A stretch of 64,000 nt of DNA from Christensenellales bacterium (GCA_050945835.1 JBMNTR010000001.1:9384-73383), one strand, 5' to 3'; positions 9,068-18,255 are shown, counted from the stretch's first letter. The notes: generated by a model not told the origin, from the letters alone. Made by a program: numbers and translations.

Positions 9068-9143
9068 TGGTGGGCCATCAGGGATTCGAACCCGGGACGC
9101 CCTGATTAAGAGTCAGGTGCTCTACCAACTGAGCTAATGGCCC
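9068..9143 (-). tRNA. tRNA-Lys (anticodon CTT), CCA encoded
   Basis: The reverse complement is GGGCCATTAGCTCAGTTGGTAGAGCACCTGACTCTTAATCAGG…GGTTCGAATCCCTGATGGCCCACCA, with anticodon loop CTCTTAA. Confidence 0.9.
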
Positions 9144-9152
9144 CTATGAAAT

Positions 9153-9226
9153 TGGAGCGGGTGATGGGAATCGAACCCACGTAGCCAGCTTGGAAGGCTG
9201 GAACTCTACCATTGAGTTACACCCGC
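9153..9226 (-). tRNA. tRNA-Gly (anticodon TCC), CCA encoded
   Basis: The reverse complement is GCGGGTGTAACTCAATGGTAGAGTTCCAGCCTTCCAAGCTGG…GGTTCGATTCCCATCACCCGCTCCA. Confidence 0.9.
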
Positions 9227-9229
9227 GCT

Positions 9230-9304
9230 TGGAGCGGTAGACGAGATTCGAACTCGCGACATCCACCTTGGCAAGGTGGCACTCTACCACTGAGCTACTA
9301 CCGC
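9230..9304 (-). tRNA. tRNA-Gly (anticodon GCC), CCA encoded
   Basis: The reverse complement is GCGGTAGTAGCTCAGTGGTAGAGTGCCACCTTGCCAAGGTGG…AGTTCGAATCTCGTCTACCGCTCCA. Confidence 0.9.
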
Positions 9305-9313
9305 ACGTGATGG

Positions 9314-9396
9314 TGGTGCGGGCGAAGAGACTTGAACTCCCACACCGAAGTACCAGATCCTAAGTCTGGCGCGTCTGCCAATTCCGCCACGCCCGC
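9314..9396 (-). tRNA. tRNA-Leu (anticodon TAG), long variable arm, CCA encoded
   Basis: The reverse complement is GCGGGCGTGGCGGAATTGGCAGACGCGCCAGACTTAGGATCTGGTACTTCGGTGTGGGAGTTCAAGTCTCTTCGCCCGCACCA. Confidence 0.9.
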
Positions 9397-9443
9397 ATAA
9401 TCTTCATTGCCAAGGATACAAACAAAACTCCATGCAGGCAACT

Positions 9444-9477
9444 ATTATAGTTTAAAATGATATTTCGAAATTGTCAA
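9444..9477 (-). promoter_or_regulatory. Possible promoter of the tRNA cluster (perfect hexamers, non-canonical spacing)
   Basis: The minus strand reads TTGACA (9477-9472) … TATAAT (9449-9444), but the spacer is 22 nt. The -10 lies about 48 nt upstream of the tRNA-Leu 5' end. Confidence 0.35.
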
Positions 9478-9520
9478 TACCTTCATTTGTTTTTATGGAT
9501 GCATAGATTTCCCAGCGCCG

Positions 9521-11647
9521 TTAGGTGCTCACAAGATCGTTGTACCATTTCACAGCCGCGACATAGCAATCGTTGATCAGCTCGCTGCTCAAGCGGTGTT
9601 CTTGGGCAAACCGGTTCACTTCCTCCCAGTTGGAATATTCATAATTGCTAAAAAGAGAGATCAAATCCGAATAGATGCCGTCCTTTTGGAGCAAGGATTC
9701 ATGAACTTCCTCGGCCACCGGAATTTCACTGAGCAGCTCTTCTTTGGTTTTATCCAGCGCGATATGCAAAAGTGAAAACATACCGATGAAAAAGGCATGC
9801 TTGGGATTGCGCTTGGGAATGAAATGCGGCGCCAAAAGCTCGGCAAATTGCGCGCGTATCAACGAGATGCGCATCAACTCCAATGGCGTATCGGAGGCCA
9901 GACCGCGCAGCGACAAAAGCGAGATCCATTTTTTTAATTTTTCTTCGCCTAAGTATGTGACGGCTGTGGAAATAGATGAGATTCGATAGCGTAAGCCAAG
10001 CGCCGCCGAGTTGAGCAGCCGCAGCAGCTTATAGGAAAGCACGACATCGGACGCGATGATATCGCTGATCTCTTTGAAATCCACATGCCCTTCCGCGCTG
10101 GAGAGCTGTAATAAGCGGTAATAATTTACATGCAAAGGGTCGAGATCTTTTGTCTTTTTGGTGATCACCGGCTGCTGGAAATAATAGCCCTGGAAGTAAC
10201 GGAAACCGCGGATCTGCGCGTTTTCGAAGTCTATGATGTTGTCCACGTTCGTCGCGACAAAACTGATTTTATCATATTGCTTGATGAGCATGTTTTGCTC
10301 CGGATATCCGATATGATCGTAATCGAATTTGACATAATGGGCCAGCGACAAAAGCGCCGGAGACGCATTTGTGCGGTTCAGGTCGCTGAATGCAAGCGAA
10401 TAGCCGCAGGCACGTAAAGTACGGTATAGCTGCAAATCTTTCCTTTTGCACCGCGTGGGCAGTTGAAACTGTATGACAAATTTATCTTTGGGCAGATTCA
10501 AGCGTACGGAAGGCGAGAGAAGCTGATGGGAATAGGAGATGAAATAGCGTGTGTCGTTCTCGATATCCTCCAAACCCAGTGCGTCCAGCGTGCGTTCGAA
10601 TTCAGTGAGCACAACGGAATTTCCATCATTCGCTTCTTTCTTGCCCTGATCGATGAGCTCATAGCCGAACACCTCGCCTTTTTCCTTCATGACCGGCTGT
10701 ATGTCGATATAGAGATCGTTGGGCTTTTTGGCTTTGTCATAATGCTCTTCAAAGAATGTGATGGTATTTCGCCCCATGCTCTTCGATTTATACAGAGCGA
10801 TATCGGCTTTGCGCAGCAGCTCGGAGGTGGTGGTGCCGTGTTCCGGAAAGACGGAGACACCCATGCTGATGGTGCAGGTCAGATCGATGATGGGCAGCGT
10901 GTATTCCTGCAGCGCGTTGCCCAATACCGTGTCATAATGCTCATAGAACGCCGTTTCGGTGGGAAACCGGCTGATTGGATCCGCATAGAAGAGCACAAAC
11001 TCATCGCCGCCCAGGCGGTACAGATGCCCATCGTAGACCGCATCCGCCGTGAGGTGGGCTGCCAGCTTTTGCAGCATGATATCGCCGGTATTATGACCAT
11101 AAGTATCGTTTATGATCTTGAAATTATCCAAATCAAACATCGCAACGATGCCGCGAGTCTGATTGTGGCCGATGGATTCCCGATGTTCTTCGAAATCTTC
11201 TTTAAATTTCTGGCGATTGGGGATGCCTGTCAGATGATCGGTATAGGCCAAGGTATAGAGCTTCTTTTCGGCGGCGCGTTCGCGGTCTATATTGCGCAGA
11301 CACATCACGGTGGCCGGCTTGCCGTCTGTCCATTCGATGATATCGCAGGAGGCGGAGTAGGCATGGCCTTGTATGTCCTCCACGTCGAAAGTGAGGGAGG
11401 TGCCGTCGTCCTGCAGAAAGGAATGCTGCGCCGGGCAGTATTGGCATAGATCCGAATAAAGAAGGGAATACCCGGATTTACAGCTGTGATGATCCAATCT
11501 GTTTTTTTCCTGATGATTTTGCGCGGATGTGTTTCTAAAGAGCGTTTCGCACCCGGGACGCATGACCAGTATGTCGATGTCCGGCATGTTGAGCAGATTA
11601 CCCAGCAGTGTATTGATTTTTTGTTTTCTTTTTTTGAAAAACGCCAT
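9521..11647 (-). CDS. Cyclic-di-GMP signalling protein: Cys-rich N-terminal domain, GGDEF, degenerate EAL-like domain, HDOD
   Basis: 708 aa. Intact GGDEF (YRLGGDEFVLFY). EAL-like segment (EVFGYELID…VKFDYD…ATNVDN…FQGYYFQQP). C-terminal HDOD (ISDIIASDVVLSYKLLRLLNSAALGL…TAVTYLGEEKLKKW). An in-frame TAA lies 5 codons upstream of the ATG. Confidence 0.85.
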   Translation of the reverse strand: MAFFKKRKQKINTLLGNLLNMPDIDILVMRPGCETLFRNTSAQNHQEKNRLDHHSCKSGYSLLYSDLCQYCPAQHSFLQDDGTSLTFDVEDIQGHAYSASCDIIEWTDGKPATVMCLRNIDRERAAEKKLYTLAYTDHLTGIPNRQKFKEDFEEHRESIGHNQTRGIVAMFDLDNFKIINDTYGHNTGDIMLQKLAAHLTADAVYDGHLYRLGGDEFVLFYADPISRFPTETAFYEHYDTVLGNALQEYTLPIIDLTCTISMGVSVFPEHGTTTSELLRKADIALYKSKSMGRNTITFFEEHYDKAKKPNDLYIDIQPVMKEKGEVFGYELIDQGKKEANDGNSVVLTEFERTLDALGLEDIENDTRYFISYSHQLLSPSVRLNLPKDKFVIQFQLPTRCKRKDLQLYRTLRACGYSLAFSDLNRTNASPALLSLAHYVKFDYDHIGYPEQNMLIKQYDKISFVATNVDNIIDFENAQIRGFRYFQGYYFQQPVITKKTKDLDPLHVNYYRLLQLSSAEGHVDFKEISDIIASDVVLSYKLLRLLNSAALGLRYRISSISTAVTYLGEEKLKKWISLLSLRGLASDTPLELMRISLIRAQFAELLAPHFIPKRNPKHAFFIGMFSLLHIALDKTKEELLSEIPVAEEVHESLLQKDGIYSDLISLFSNYEYSNWEEVNRFAQEHRLSSELINDCYVAAVKWYNDLVST

Positions 11648-11676
11648 AGCTTTTCTTTCCGCTTACCGTTGCAGGC

Positions 11677-11728
11677 CGAAATCATCTGTAAGCCCTTGCC
11701 TGCGAAATCATCTGTAAGCACTTGCCTG
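11677..11728. repeat. Tandem direct repeat, 2 x 26 bp (25/26 identical)
   Basis: CGAAATCATCTGTAAGCCCTTGCCTG (11677-11702) is followed immediately by CGAAATCATCTGTAAGCACTTGCCTG (11703-11728), 30-80 nt upstream of the GGDEF gene start. Confidence 0.9.
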
Positions 11729-12166
11729 TATATTTTGATGCATACAATCTGTCAAAGCCGCCCATGCGAAGGCTGGCAGATGAGCACCTAAAAAACAAGA
11801 TCACCACGGCCCAAAACGACTGTTTGAGCTAAAATAAAACAGATGAAACTCTACCAAGCGCACGGGCGCTTGATGAAGCACATCTTCAACCATCAAAAAA
11901 CACATCTTTGGACTACCTGTATCATATCATGTCATATTGTTAAATTTCAACAAAATTAGTGCAAAAGCAGTTAAAGCGTGCGGCTTTGGCGCAAGATTGC
12001 CGTTTATTCCTGCCAAACCTGCCTGAATGCCATTCCCAATTCCTGTTTGCTGCATAAAATGATACTACATATACCCAACGCAGCACAGCAAGACTTATGT
12101 GTTTTTGCATCTGCAACGCTGTGTAACGCGGGATGCCGGCAAGGGTATTCATAAAGGAGGTTTTTT

Positions 12167-12904
12167 ATGCCCACTATATATTTAAGCCCATCCACACAGG
12201 AGTTCAACCCCTATATCACCGGAGGTAACGAAGAATACTACATGAACCTGATCGCCGACGCCATGGAGCCGTATCTGCGCTCAAGCGGCATACAGTTCAC
12301 ACGCAATACGCCGGATATGACGGCCGCGTCCTCCATACGCGCATCCAACGCCGGCAACTATGATCTGCATGTGGCGCTGCATTCCAACGCTTCACCTGAA
12401 TCGCTCGCGGGCCAGCTCCGAGGCTCGGATGTCTATTATTACCCGACGAGCACGAGCGGCCGGCGTTTAGCCGAAATCACCGCCAACAACCTGCGCAGCA
12501 TCTATCCGCTGCCCGATCTTGTGCGGACGCTGAGCACGACCAGCATAGGCGAAGTCGCCCGCACACGCGCCCCCGCCATATTGATCGAATACGCATACCA
12601 CGACAATGTACAGGATGCGAACTGGATCACTGCGAACATAGACAGCATCGCACGCAATACGGTGTTGTCCTTAACGGAATATTTCGGCATCCCCCTCGTG
12701 CCGCCCATACCCCGCGGAACGGGCACCGTGCGCACACAGGGCGGACGGCTGAATATCAGAAGCAGGCCGAGCATGGATGCCCCCGTGATCGCGCAGGTGA
12801 ACAACGGCGAGCCTATCACCGTGCTGGGCCAATGGAACAATTGGTACACGGTAGACTATTGGGGCGTGGTCGGTTATGCGTCCAGCGACTATATTCAGTT
12901 TTAA
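12167..12904 (+). CDS. N-acetylmuramoyl-L-alanine amidase (Amidase_3-like) with a C-terminal SH3 domain
   Basis: 245 aa. ATG follows AAAGGAGG. The N-terminal amidase-like region reads IYLSPSTQEFNPY…LHVALHSNA…ILIEYAYHDN. The C-terminal SH3_3-like region reads GTVRTQGGRLNIRSRPSMDAPVIAQV…WYTVDYWGVVGYASSDYI. No signal peptide is visible. Confidence 0.7.
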   Translation: MPTIYLSPSTQEFNPYITGGNEEYYMNLIADAMEPYLRSSGIQFTRNTPDMTAASSIRASNAGNYDLHVALHSNASPESLAGQLRGSDVYYYPTSTSGRRLAEITANNLRSIYPLPDLVRTLSTTSIGEVARTRAPAILIEYAYHDNVQDANWITANIDSIARNTVLSLTEYFGIPLVPPIPRGTGTVRTQGGRLNIRSRPSMDAPVIAQVNNGEPITVLGQWNNWYTVDYWGVVGYASSDYIQF

Positions 12905-12939
12905 AAAAGACAGGCGCCCCACGCTTTAGACATCCAAAA

Positions 12940-12965
12940 GAAGCCCCGTGGCGGGGGCTTCTTTG
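12940..12965. terminator. Bidirectional terminator between the amidase and ylbJ
   Basis: 8-bp stem GAAGCCCC/GGGGCTTC flanked by AAAA and TTT. Confidence 0.75.
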
Positions 12966-13011
12966 CGGCGCTGTTCTGCATGCGGATGAAAGGATCAGAA
13001 AGATATACCAC

Positions 13012-14148
13012 CTAGCGCCTGAGCAGGCGTTTTTTCTTAAAGAGGCTGTATGCGCAGAGTATGAGCAGCATCGATGCACATACAGCCAAGGCCACGACCA
13101 GCGACGGCCAGAAGAAAGCCCCCCAGGCATCAAAGCCGGGCTCAAGCGGCGCGAAGGCCGTTTGGGCGGTGCTGAGCAATGAGGACAGAGCAAAGCACAA
13201 AAAGGCCGCCAGCACGCCGTGCAGCAGCTTGATGAGCATGTAGCGCCCGTTGGGAATGCCCGCTGTGCTCAAAAACGCGGATGTTTGCGAGTGGATGCAA
13301 AGGCCGCTGAAGGATACGATGAAGCTGATGAGTATGGCTTTATGCGCCATAGGCGCGCCTACTGCGCTGATCAGGCTTACGCCTGTGGTCATCTCCACCA
13401 GACCCGAGGCGAAGGGTTCGGCAAAGGAGGCTGAAAAGCCCAGCAGGGAGAGAATGGGCTTCAACAAAAACCCTAAAAACTCCAAAAACCGGATTTCACC
13501 CAGCAGCCGGATGATGATGGAAAACAGTATGATATAGCCGCCCACCACCAGCAGCGTCTGCACGGAATCCGAAACGGAGGCTTTGAGCAGCATGCCGAAG
13601 GGCTGCTTGTTTGTGCGCGGCTGTACGGATGTCTGCTCTACAGACACAGCGTCGCGTATGGCGAACCGTGCGATGAGTCCGCACAAAAGGGCGGATATAT
13701 AGTGGGCCAGCAAAAGGATGACGCCGTATGCCGGGGTGCGCAGCATGCCCGCGGCAATGGAACCCATCAGAAACAGCGGGCCTGATGTGGAAGAAAAGCA
13801 CAGCGTGCGCAGGCCTTCTGAGCGTGTCATACGCCCATCCATCACCAGAGAGGAGACGAGCTTGGCGCCCACAGGATAGCCGGAAACGATGCTCATGGCA
13901 AACACATACGCCGAATCCCCCGGGCAGCGAAACAGCGGCCGCATCAAAGGCTCCAGCAGGCGTGAAAAGCTGTTTAGCGCGCCGGTTTTCACCAGCAGCG
14001 CGGATCCGATGAAAAATGGCAGCAGGGAAGGGAAAACGGTTTCGAAGAACAGTGTGATGCCAATCTGCCCCGCTTGCAGGCATTGCTCGGGAAACAATAC
14101 GAGCAGCAGTAAAAAGGCCGCGCAGAGGATTTGTATTGTTTTTCTCAT
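13012..14148 (-). CDS. ylbJ: Sporulation integral membrane protein YlbJ (nucleoside-recognition/Gate-domain family)
   Basis: 378 aa, polytopic. The N-terminal pattern …GITLFFETVFPSLLPFFIGSALLVKTG…LLEPLMRPLFRCPG…SGYPVGAKL matches my memory of YlbJ. Confidence 0.7.
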   Translation of the reverse strand: MRKTIQILCAAFLLLLVLFPEQCLQAGQIGITLFFETVFPSLLPFFIGSALLVKTGALNSFSRLLEPLMRPLFRCPGDSAYVFAMSIVSGYPVGAKLVSSLVMDGRMTRSEGLRTLCFSSTSGPLFLMGSIAAGMLRTPAYGVILLLAHYISALLCGLIARFAIRDAVSVEQTSVQPRTNKQPFGMLLKASVSDSVQTLLVVGGYIILFSIIIRLLGEIRFLEFLGFLLKPILSLLGFSASFAEPFASGLVEMTTGVSLISAVGAPMAHKAILISFIVSFSGLCIHSQTSAFLSTAGIPNGRYMLIKLLHGVLAAFLCFALSSLLSTAQTAFAPLEPGFDAWGAFFWPSLVVALAVCASMLLILCAYSLFKKKRLLRR

Positions 14149-14276
14149 TTATTCTCCTCATCAATTCTGTTATAATAAAAAGCAACTGTACTGCATAGAT
14201 GTAGACATTGCAGGAAGGAAGCGGCAGGTGATAAAATATCCGCTCCTTTTAAGAATATGAATGAGGCGGTTGGGTT

Positions 14277-15086
14277 ATGAAAAACAAACCGTTGATCGGC
14301 ATCGCCCTGGGTTCGGGTTCTGCGCGCGGATATGCCCACATCGGCGTGCTGCAGGTGCTGAACGAAGAGATCCCGTTTGACATGGTGGCGGGCAGCAGCA
14401 TGGGCGCGCTGGTGGGTGCGCTGTATGTGACGGGCACAGATTTAAACATGCTGGGCAGGCTGGCCGGTGAATTGTCCTCCAAGATGCTGTGGGATATGTC
14501 TATCTCCAGGAAGGGCTTTATCAAGGGCGAACGGATCTATGAGCTGATCAGCATGCTGACAAAAGGAAAGTCGTTTGAAGAGACGGACATACCCTTCTAT
14601 TGTGTGGCCTGTGATATCGCGACGGGTGAAGCGGTGGTGTTCGATACCGGCAAAATCGCCGACGGCGTGCGCGCAAGCATATCGATTCCGGGCATTTTTG
14701 TGCCTTTTGAGCATGAAGGGCGCATGCTGGTGGATGGCGGTGTGCTGTATCGTGTTCCGGCGCAAGTTTTGCAAGAGGCGGGCTCGGATATCGTGATCGG
14801 CGTGGATGTGGGCTACTGCGGCGAGCAGCGTGAACAGCCGGTGGGCGCTGTGGAGATCATACAATACACCATGGACATCATGGGCTGGGAGGGCACCCGC
14901 CATTGCGCAAGCCATGCGGATATACTCATCAGGCCGAAGGTGCGCCATTTGAGCTCCGCGTCGTTTAAAAAACCTCAGGAGTTTATAGAAGCCGGGCGGC
15001 TGGCCGCACAGGAGGCGCTGCCTGACATACGGGCGTTGATCGGGCGAAAGGCCGCCGAAATCGAAGCGCTTGCACAAATGGCCTGA
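14277..15086 (+). CDS. Patatin-like phospholipase (RssA/NTE family)
   Basis: 269 aa. Oxyanion motif GSGSARG, nucleophile elbow GSSMGA (GxSxG) and DGG (LVDGGV). Confidence 0.85.
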   Translation: MKNKPLIGIALGSGSARGYAHIGVLQVLNEEIPFDMVAGSSMGALVGALYVTGTDLNMLGRLAGELSSKMLWDMSISRKGFIKGERIYELISMLTKGKSFEETDIPFYCVACDIATGEAVVFDTGKIADGVRASISIPGIFVPFEHEGRMLVDGGVLYRVPAQVLQEAGSDIVIGVDVGYCGEQREQPVGAVEIIQYTMDIMGWEGTRHCASHADILIRPKVRHLSSASFKKPQEFIEAGRLAAQEALPDIRALIGRKAAEIEALAQMA

Positions 15087-15113
15087 AAAAGGGCGCTCGG
15101 CTGGATAGGACAT

Positions 15114-15146
15114 AAAAGCAGACACAAGACGAGTGTGTCTGCTTTT
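15114..15146. terminator. Bidirectional terminator between the patatin gene and pfkA
   Basis: AAAAGCAGACAC…GTGTCTGCTTTT: an 8-bp stem with A and T flanks. Confidence 0.85.
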
Positions 15147-15184
15147 CAACTTTTTGGCTATGTGAAAACCGTGCTTGTGTCGGA

Positions 15185-16270
15185 TCAATCCCCGAAGCAG
15201 GTGCCTGTATCCCGCGCGACCTGTATCAGCGGATGATCGACGGGCAAAAACTTCGTCTGGCTTGCGGCTTCCTCAAGGGGCACAGCCACGATTTCGCCTT
15301 TTCGAATGCCCACCATATTGCCGAACTTCCGCTCGCGGATCAAGTGTACGGCGGCTGTACCGAACCGTGTCGCCAGCACCCGGTCATACGGGCAGGGCGG
15401 GCCGCCGCGCTGGTAATGCCCGGGGATGGTCACGCGCGCCTCCTGGCCGGTGAGCTCTTGGAGCTGCTCGGCGATCTTATAGGAGATGGTGGGATGATGC
15501 AGCGACTCGTTCTTCTTTCGGCGCTCCTCTTTCGTAAGGCCCACGTCTTCCTTGGCCAAGGCGCCTTCCGACACCGCCACGATGGAGAAGGTGCGCCCCT
15601 GCTTTTTGCGCCGTTCGATGGCTTGTGCTGCGATTTCGATGTCATAGGGGATTTCAGGCACAAATATGATGTCTGCGCCGCCTGCGATGCCTGCGCTCAG
15701 CGTAAGCCAGCCCGCGTCGCGCCCCATCAGCTCCACCAGGAAAATACGGCTGTGTGAGCTCGCGGTGGTGTGTATGTAGTCGATCACATTGGTGGCGATA
15801 TCCGCCGCGCTTTGGAAACCGAAGGTGGTATCCGTGCCGTAGATGTCGTTGTCGATGGTCTTGGGCAGCGTGATCACGTTCATGCCGGCTTCCATGAGCA
15901 GTTTGGCGCTCCTTTGTGTGCCGTTGCCCCCTAAAACGACCAGACAATCCAGATTCAGCCGGGTGTATGTGTCCAGCATGGCGGGCATGACATCGTTGCC
16001 CTCGTCGTCCACGATCGCTTTGCCGGGGATGTAGGGCTGGCGGGATGTGCCCAGCATGGTGCCGCCTTGTGTGATGATGCCTGAGAAATCGTTGGGTTCA
16101 AGATATTTATAATCGTTGTAAATAAGGCCGCGGTAGCCGTCGTGCATGCCAAATATTTCGACATTGTCCATTCGTTGGTACAGCGCTTTTCCTACGCCGC
16201 GGATGGCTGCGTTCAGCCCTTGGCAATCTCCGCCGCTGGTGATCAGCGCGACTCTCGTTTTCCTTTTCAT
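15185..16270 (-). CDS. pfkA: 6-phosphofructokinase
   Basis: 361 aa. Motifs TSGGDCQGLNAAIRG, VLGGNGT, LPKTIDNDIYGTDTTFGF and PGHYQRGG. I did not resolve ATP versus PPi specificity. Confidence 0.85.
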   Translation of the reverse strand: MKRKTRVALITSGGDCQGLNAAIRGVGKALYQRMDNVEIFGMHDGYRGLIYNDYKYLEPNDFSGIITQGGTMLGTSRQPYIPGKAIVDDEGNDVMPAMLDTYTRLNLDCLVVLGGNGTQRSAKLLMEAGMNVITLPKTIDNDIYGTDTTFGFQSAADIATNVIDYIHTTASSHSRIFLVELMGRDAGWLTLSAGIAGGADIIFVPEIPYDIEIAAQAIERRKKQGRTFSIVAVSEGALAKEDVGLTKEERRKKNESLHHPTISYKIAEQLQELTGQEARVTIPGHYQRGGPPCPYDRVLATRFGTAAVHLIRERKFGNMVGIRKGEIVAVPLEEAASQTKFLPVDHPLIQVARDTGTCFGD

Positions 16271-16314
16271 AATGGATTATAAACCCCGCTTCCGTATCAG
16301 TATAGTTGATAAAA

Positions 16315-16343
16315 ATAATACCATAACCGCGGTGTTTTTTCAA
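16315..16343 (-). promoter_or_regulatory. Candidate sigma-70 promoter of pfkA
   Basis: The minus strand reads TTGAAA-17 nt-TATTAT. The -35 lies inside an 11-bp hairpin (GCGGTGTTTTT/AAAAACACCGC, 16329-16364). Confidence 0.5.
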
Positions 16344-16497
16344 ATTCATACGCAAAAACACCGCAACATCCTTTAGAATAAAAGGATCAAACCCTTAAAG
16401 CTCGGAAAAACCCCTTTTATTAGCGGCAAGATTGCATTATAATATAAGCTGTATGTCGATTATTGTGGGAGGCAATTTAGATAAAGGAGCAATATAC

Positions 16498-17727
16498 ATG
16501 ACAAGAATCAATGAGAATTACCTTGAACTCCAGGGGAGCTACTTGTTTTCGGAAATCGCGAAAAGGGTAAACACTTTTAAAGAGGAGAACCCCAACGCCG
16601 ATATCATCCGTATGGGCATCGGGGATGTCACCCGTCCGCTCAGCGAAAGCGTCATCGCGTCGCTGCATGCGGCTGTGGATGAAATGGCCGACGCCGACAC
16701 ATTCCGCGGCTATGGCCCCGAACAGGGCTATGCGTTTTTGACCCAGAGCATCATAGACACCGACTACACACCCCGCGGCGTCGAGCTTTCGACGGACGAA
16801 GTATTCGTGAGCGACGGTGCAAAATGCGATACCGGCAACTTTCAGGAGATATTCGACACCGGCAGCATAGTCGCGGTGACAGATCCGGTGTATCCGGTGT
16901 ATGTGGACAGCAACGTCATGGCGGGCCGCGCCGGCAAGTTCGATGCAGCAACCGGGCGCTATGAGCGTATCGTCTATCTGCCCTGTGTGCAGGAAAACGG
17001 TTTTGTACCCGAGCTGCCCAAACAACGGGTGGATTTGATCTATCTCTGCTACCCGAACAACCCGACAGGCACCGTGCTGAGAAAAGACGAATTGAAGGTT
17101 TGGGTGGACTACGCGCAAAAAACGGGCGCCGTCATATTGTTCGACGGTGCGTATGAAGCGTTTATCCAAGAGGATGACGTGCCGCGCAGCATCTACGAGA
17201 TAGAGGGCGCGAAGGAAGTTGCGGTGGAGTTCCGATCGTTGTCGAAAACGGCAGGCTTTACAGGTACGCGGTGTGCGTACACGGTGGTGCCCAAAGAGCT
17301 TTATGCGCGCAATGCCGCGGGTGAAAAGGTTTCGCTGAACGTGTTGTGGAACCGGAGACAGACCACCAAGTTCAACGGTGTGTCCTATGTGACGCAGCGC
17401 GGTGCGCAGGCTGTCTATACGCAAGAGGGCCAGCAGCAGATTAAAAGCATGATCGATTACTATATGGGCAACGCCAAGGTGATACGCGAAGCGATGCAGG
17501 GCTTGGGCATTCAGGCGGTGGGTGGTGTGAATTCACCGTATATCTGGATGAAGACACCCGTGAAATCCTGGGATTTCTTCGATAAGCTGCTCAAAGAGGT
17601 GCATATCGTGGGCACGCCGGGTGCCGGGTTTGGCACATGCGGCGAAGGATATTTCAGGCTCACGGCGTTCTCCAGCCGCGAGAACACGCTGCGCGCCATG
17701 GAACGCCTCTCTGGGCTCAAGCTGTAA
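16498..17727 (+). CDS. dapL: LL-diaminopimelate aminotransferase
   Basis: ATG at 16498 lies 7 nt after [31 protein letters not shown]…[12 protein letters not shown]…CYPNNPTG…[10 protein letters not shown] is typical of DapL. The upstream 22 codons of the track ORF lack an RBS. Confidence 0.85.
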   Translation: MTRINENYLELQGSYLFSEIAKRVNTFKEENPNADIIRMGIGDVTRPLSESVIASLHAAVDEMADADTFRGYGPEQGYAFLTQSIIDTDYTPRGVELSTDEVFVSDGAKCDTGNFQEIFDTGSIVAVTDPVYPVYVDSNVMAGRAGKFDAATGRYERIVYLPCVQENGFVPELPKQRVDLIYLCYPNNPTGTVLRKDELKVWVDYAQKTGAVILFDGAYEAFIQEDDVPRSIYEIEGAKEVAVEFRSLSKTAGFTGTRCAYTVVPKELYARNAAGEKVSLNVLWNRRQTTKFNGVSYVTQRGAQAVYTQEGQQQIKSMIDYYMGNAKVIREAMQGLGIQAVGGVNSPYIWMKTPVKSWDFFDKLLKEVHIVGTPGAGFGTCGEGYFRLTAFSSRENTLRAMERLSGLKL

Positions 17728-17745
17728 GAAAGGCGGCGGTATCAC

Positions 17746-18255
17746 ATGGTACAGGGAAGATATGTCCAGGGAGACGAGGATTTAAGCGTTTGCTTTGCGT
17801 TGCGCGAAGGCGTGTTTTTAGACGAGCTCAAAAAGAAACGCGAAGAGGTGTTCGATTCAAAAGACGAATACGCGCTGCATGTGCTGGTCTACTTTGAGGG
17901 CGCGCCCGCAGGCACAGGCAGGATCACGTTCGATACGCTGCAGGTCGTGCGGGTGTCACAGCTCTGCGTGGCGAAGGATCTGCGTAAAAAAGGCGTGGGC
18001 GATTTGCTGCTCAGGCTGCTGCTGGTGCGCGCGTTGGATGCGCATTGCGAGAAGGTATGTGTGACGGCTTGTCCATCGTCCGCCCCGTTTTTTGCGCGCT
18101 ACGGGTTTCAACGTGTGGGCGAAGAGGGGGAGGACATTCATATGGCGCTTGCATATGATGAAATCGAAAAGCTGTTCTCCACCTGTGCGGGTTGCAAAAA
18201 ATGCGGCGCGGGCTGCGCGCATAAAATGGATGCTGAAAAGGAAAAGACTATATGA
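17746..18255 (+). CDS. GNAT-family N-acetyltransferase with a C-terminal CX2CX2CX3C motif
   Basis: 169 aa. Acetyl-CoA-binding pattern (LCVAKDLRKKGVGDLLL). The C-terminus reads CAGCKKCGAGCAHK. The stop overlaps the fhs start (ATGA). Confidence 0.7.
   Translation: MVQGRYVQGDEDLSVCFALREGVFLDELKKKREEVFDSKDEYALHVLVYFEGAPAGTGRITFDTLQVVRVSQLCVAKDLRKKGVGDLLLRLLLVRALDAHCEKVCVTACPSSAPFFARYGFQRVGEEGEDIHMALAYDEIEKLFSTCAGCKKCGAGCAHKMDAEKEKTI

Noticed and set aside
9068-9143. C50:T64 mismatch in the T-stem of tRNA-Lys as a sign of a pseudo-tRNA
   Set aside because: It is a single mismatch. All other stems, the conserved D and T loops and the CCA end are intact, so the tRNA is most likely functional.
10463-11449. 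328-aa ORF antisense to the GGDEF gene. Similar long shadow ORFs occur at 16477-17424, 33077-33952, 43806-44780 and 59195-60046, plus the same-strand out-of-frame ORF at 36470-37423.
   Set aside because: Each lies entirely inside a gene with clear family motifs on the other strand or frame. They have Arg/Ala/Gly/His-rich, low-complexity composition typical of GC-rich shadow frames, and no RBS.
11677-11728. CRISPR-like array
   Set aside because: There are only two directly abutting copies, no spacers, and no cas genes in the window.
13496-14185. 229-aa ORF in an alternative frame of ylbJ on the same strand
   Set aside because: It is Arg/Ala/His-rich shadow-frame composition. The YlbJ frame has coherent TM topology and family motifs.
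16271-16497. Possible lysine (L-box) riboswitch or terminator upstream of dapL, suggested by the 11-bp hairpin GCGGTGTTTTT/AAAAACACCGC
   Set aside because: No L-box core sequences are recognisable and no U-tract follows the hairpin on either strand. The hairpin overlaps a good TTGAAA-17-TATTAT promoter for the divergent pfkA.
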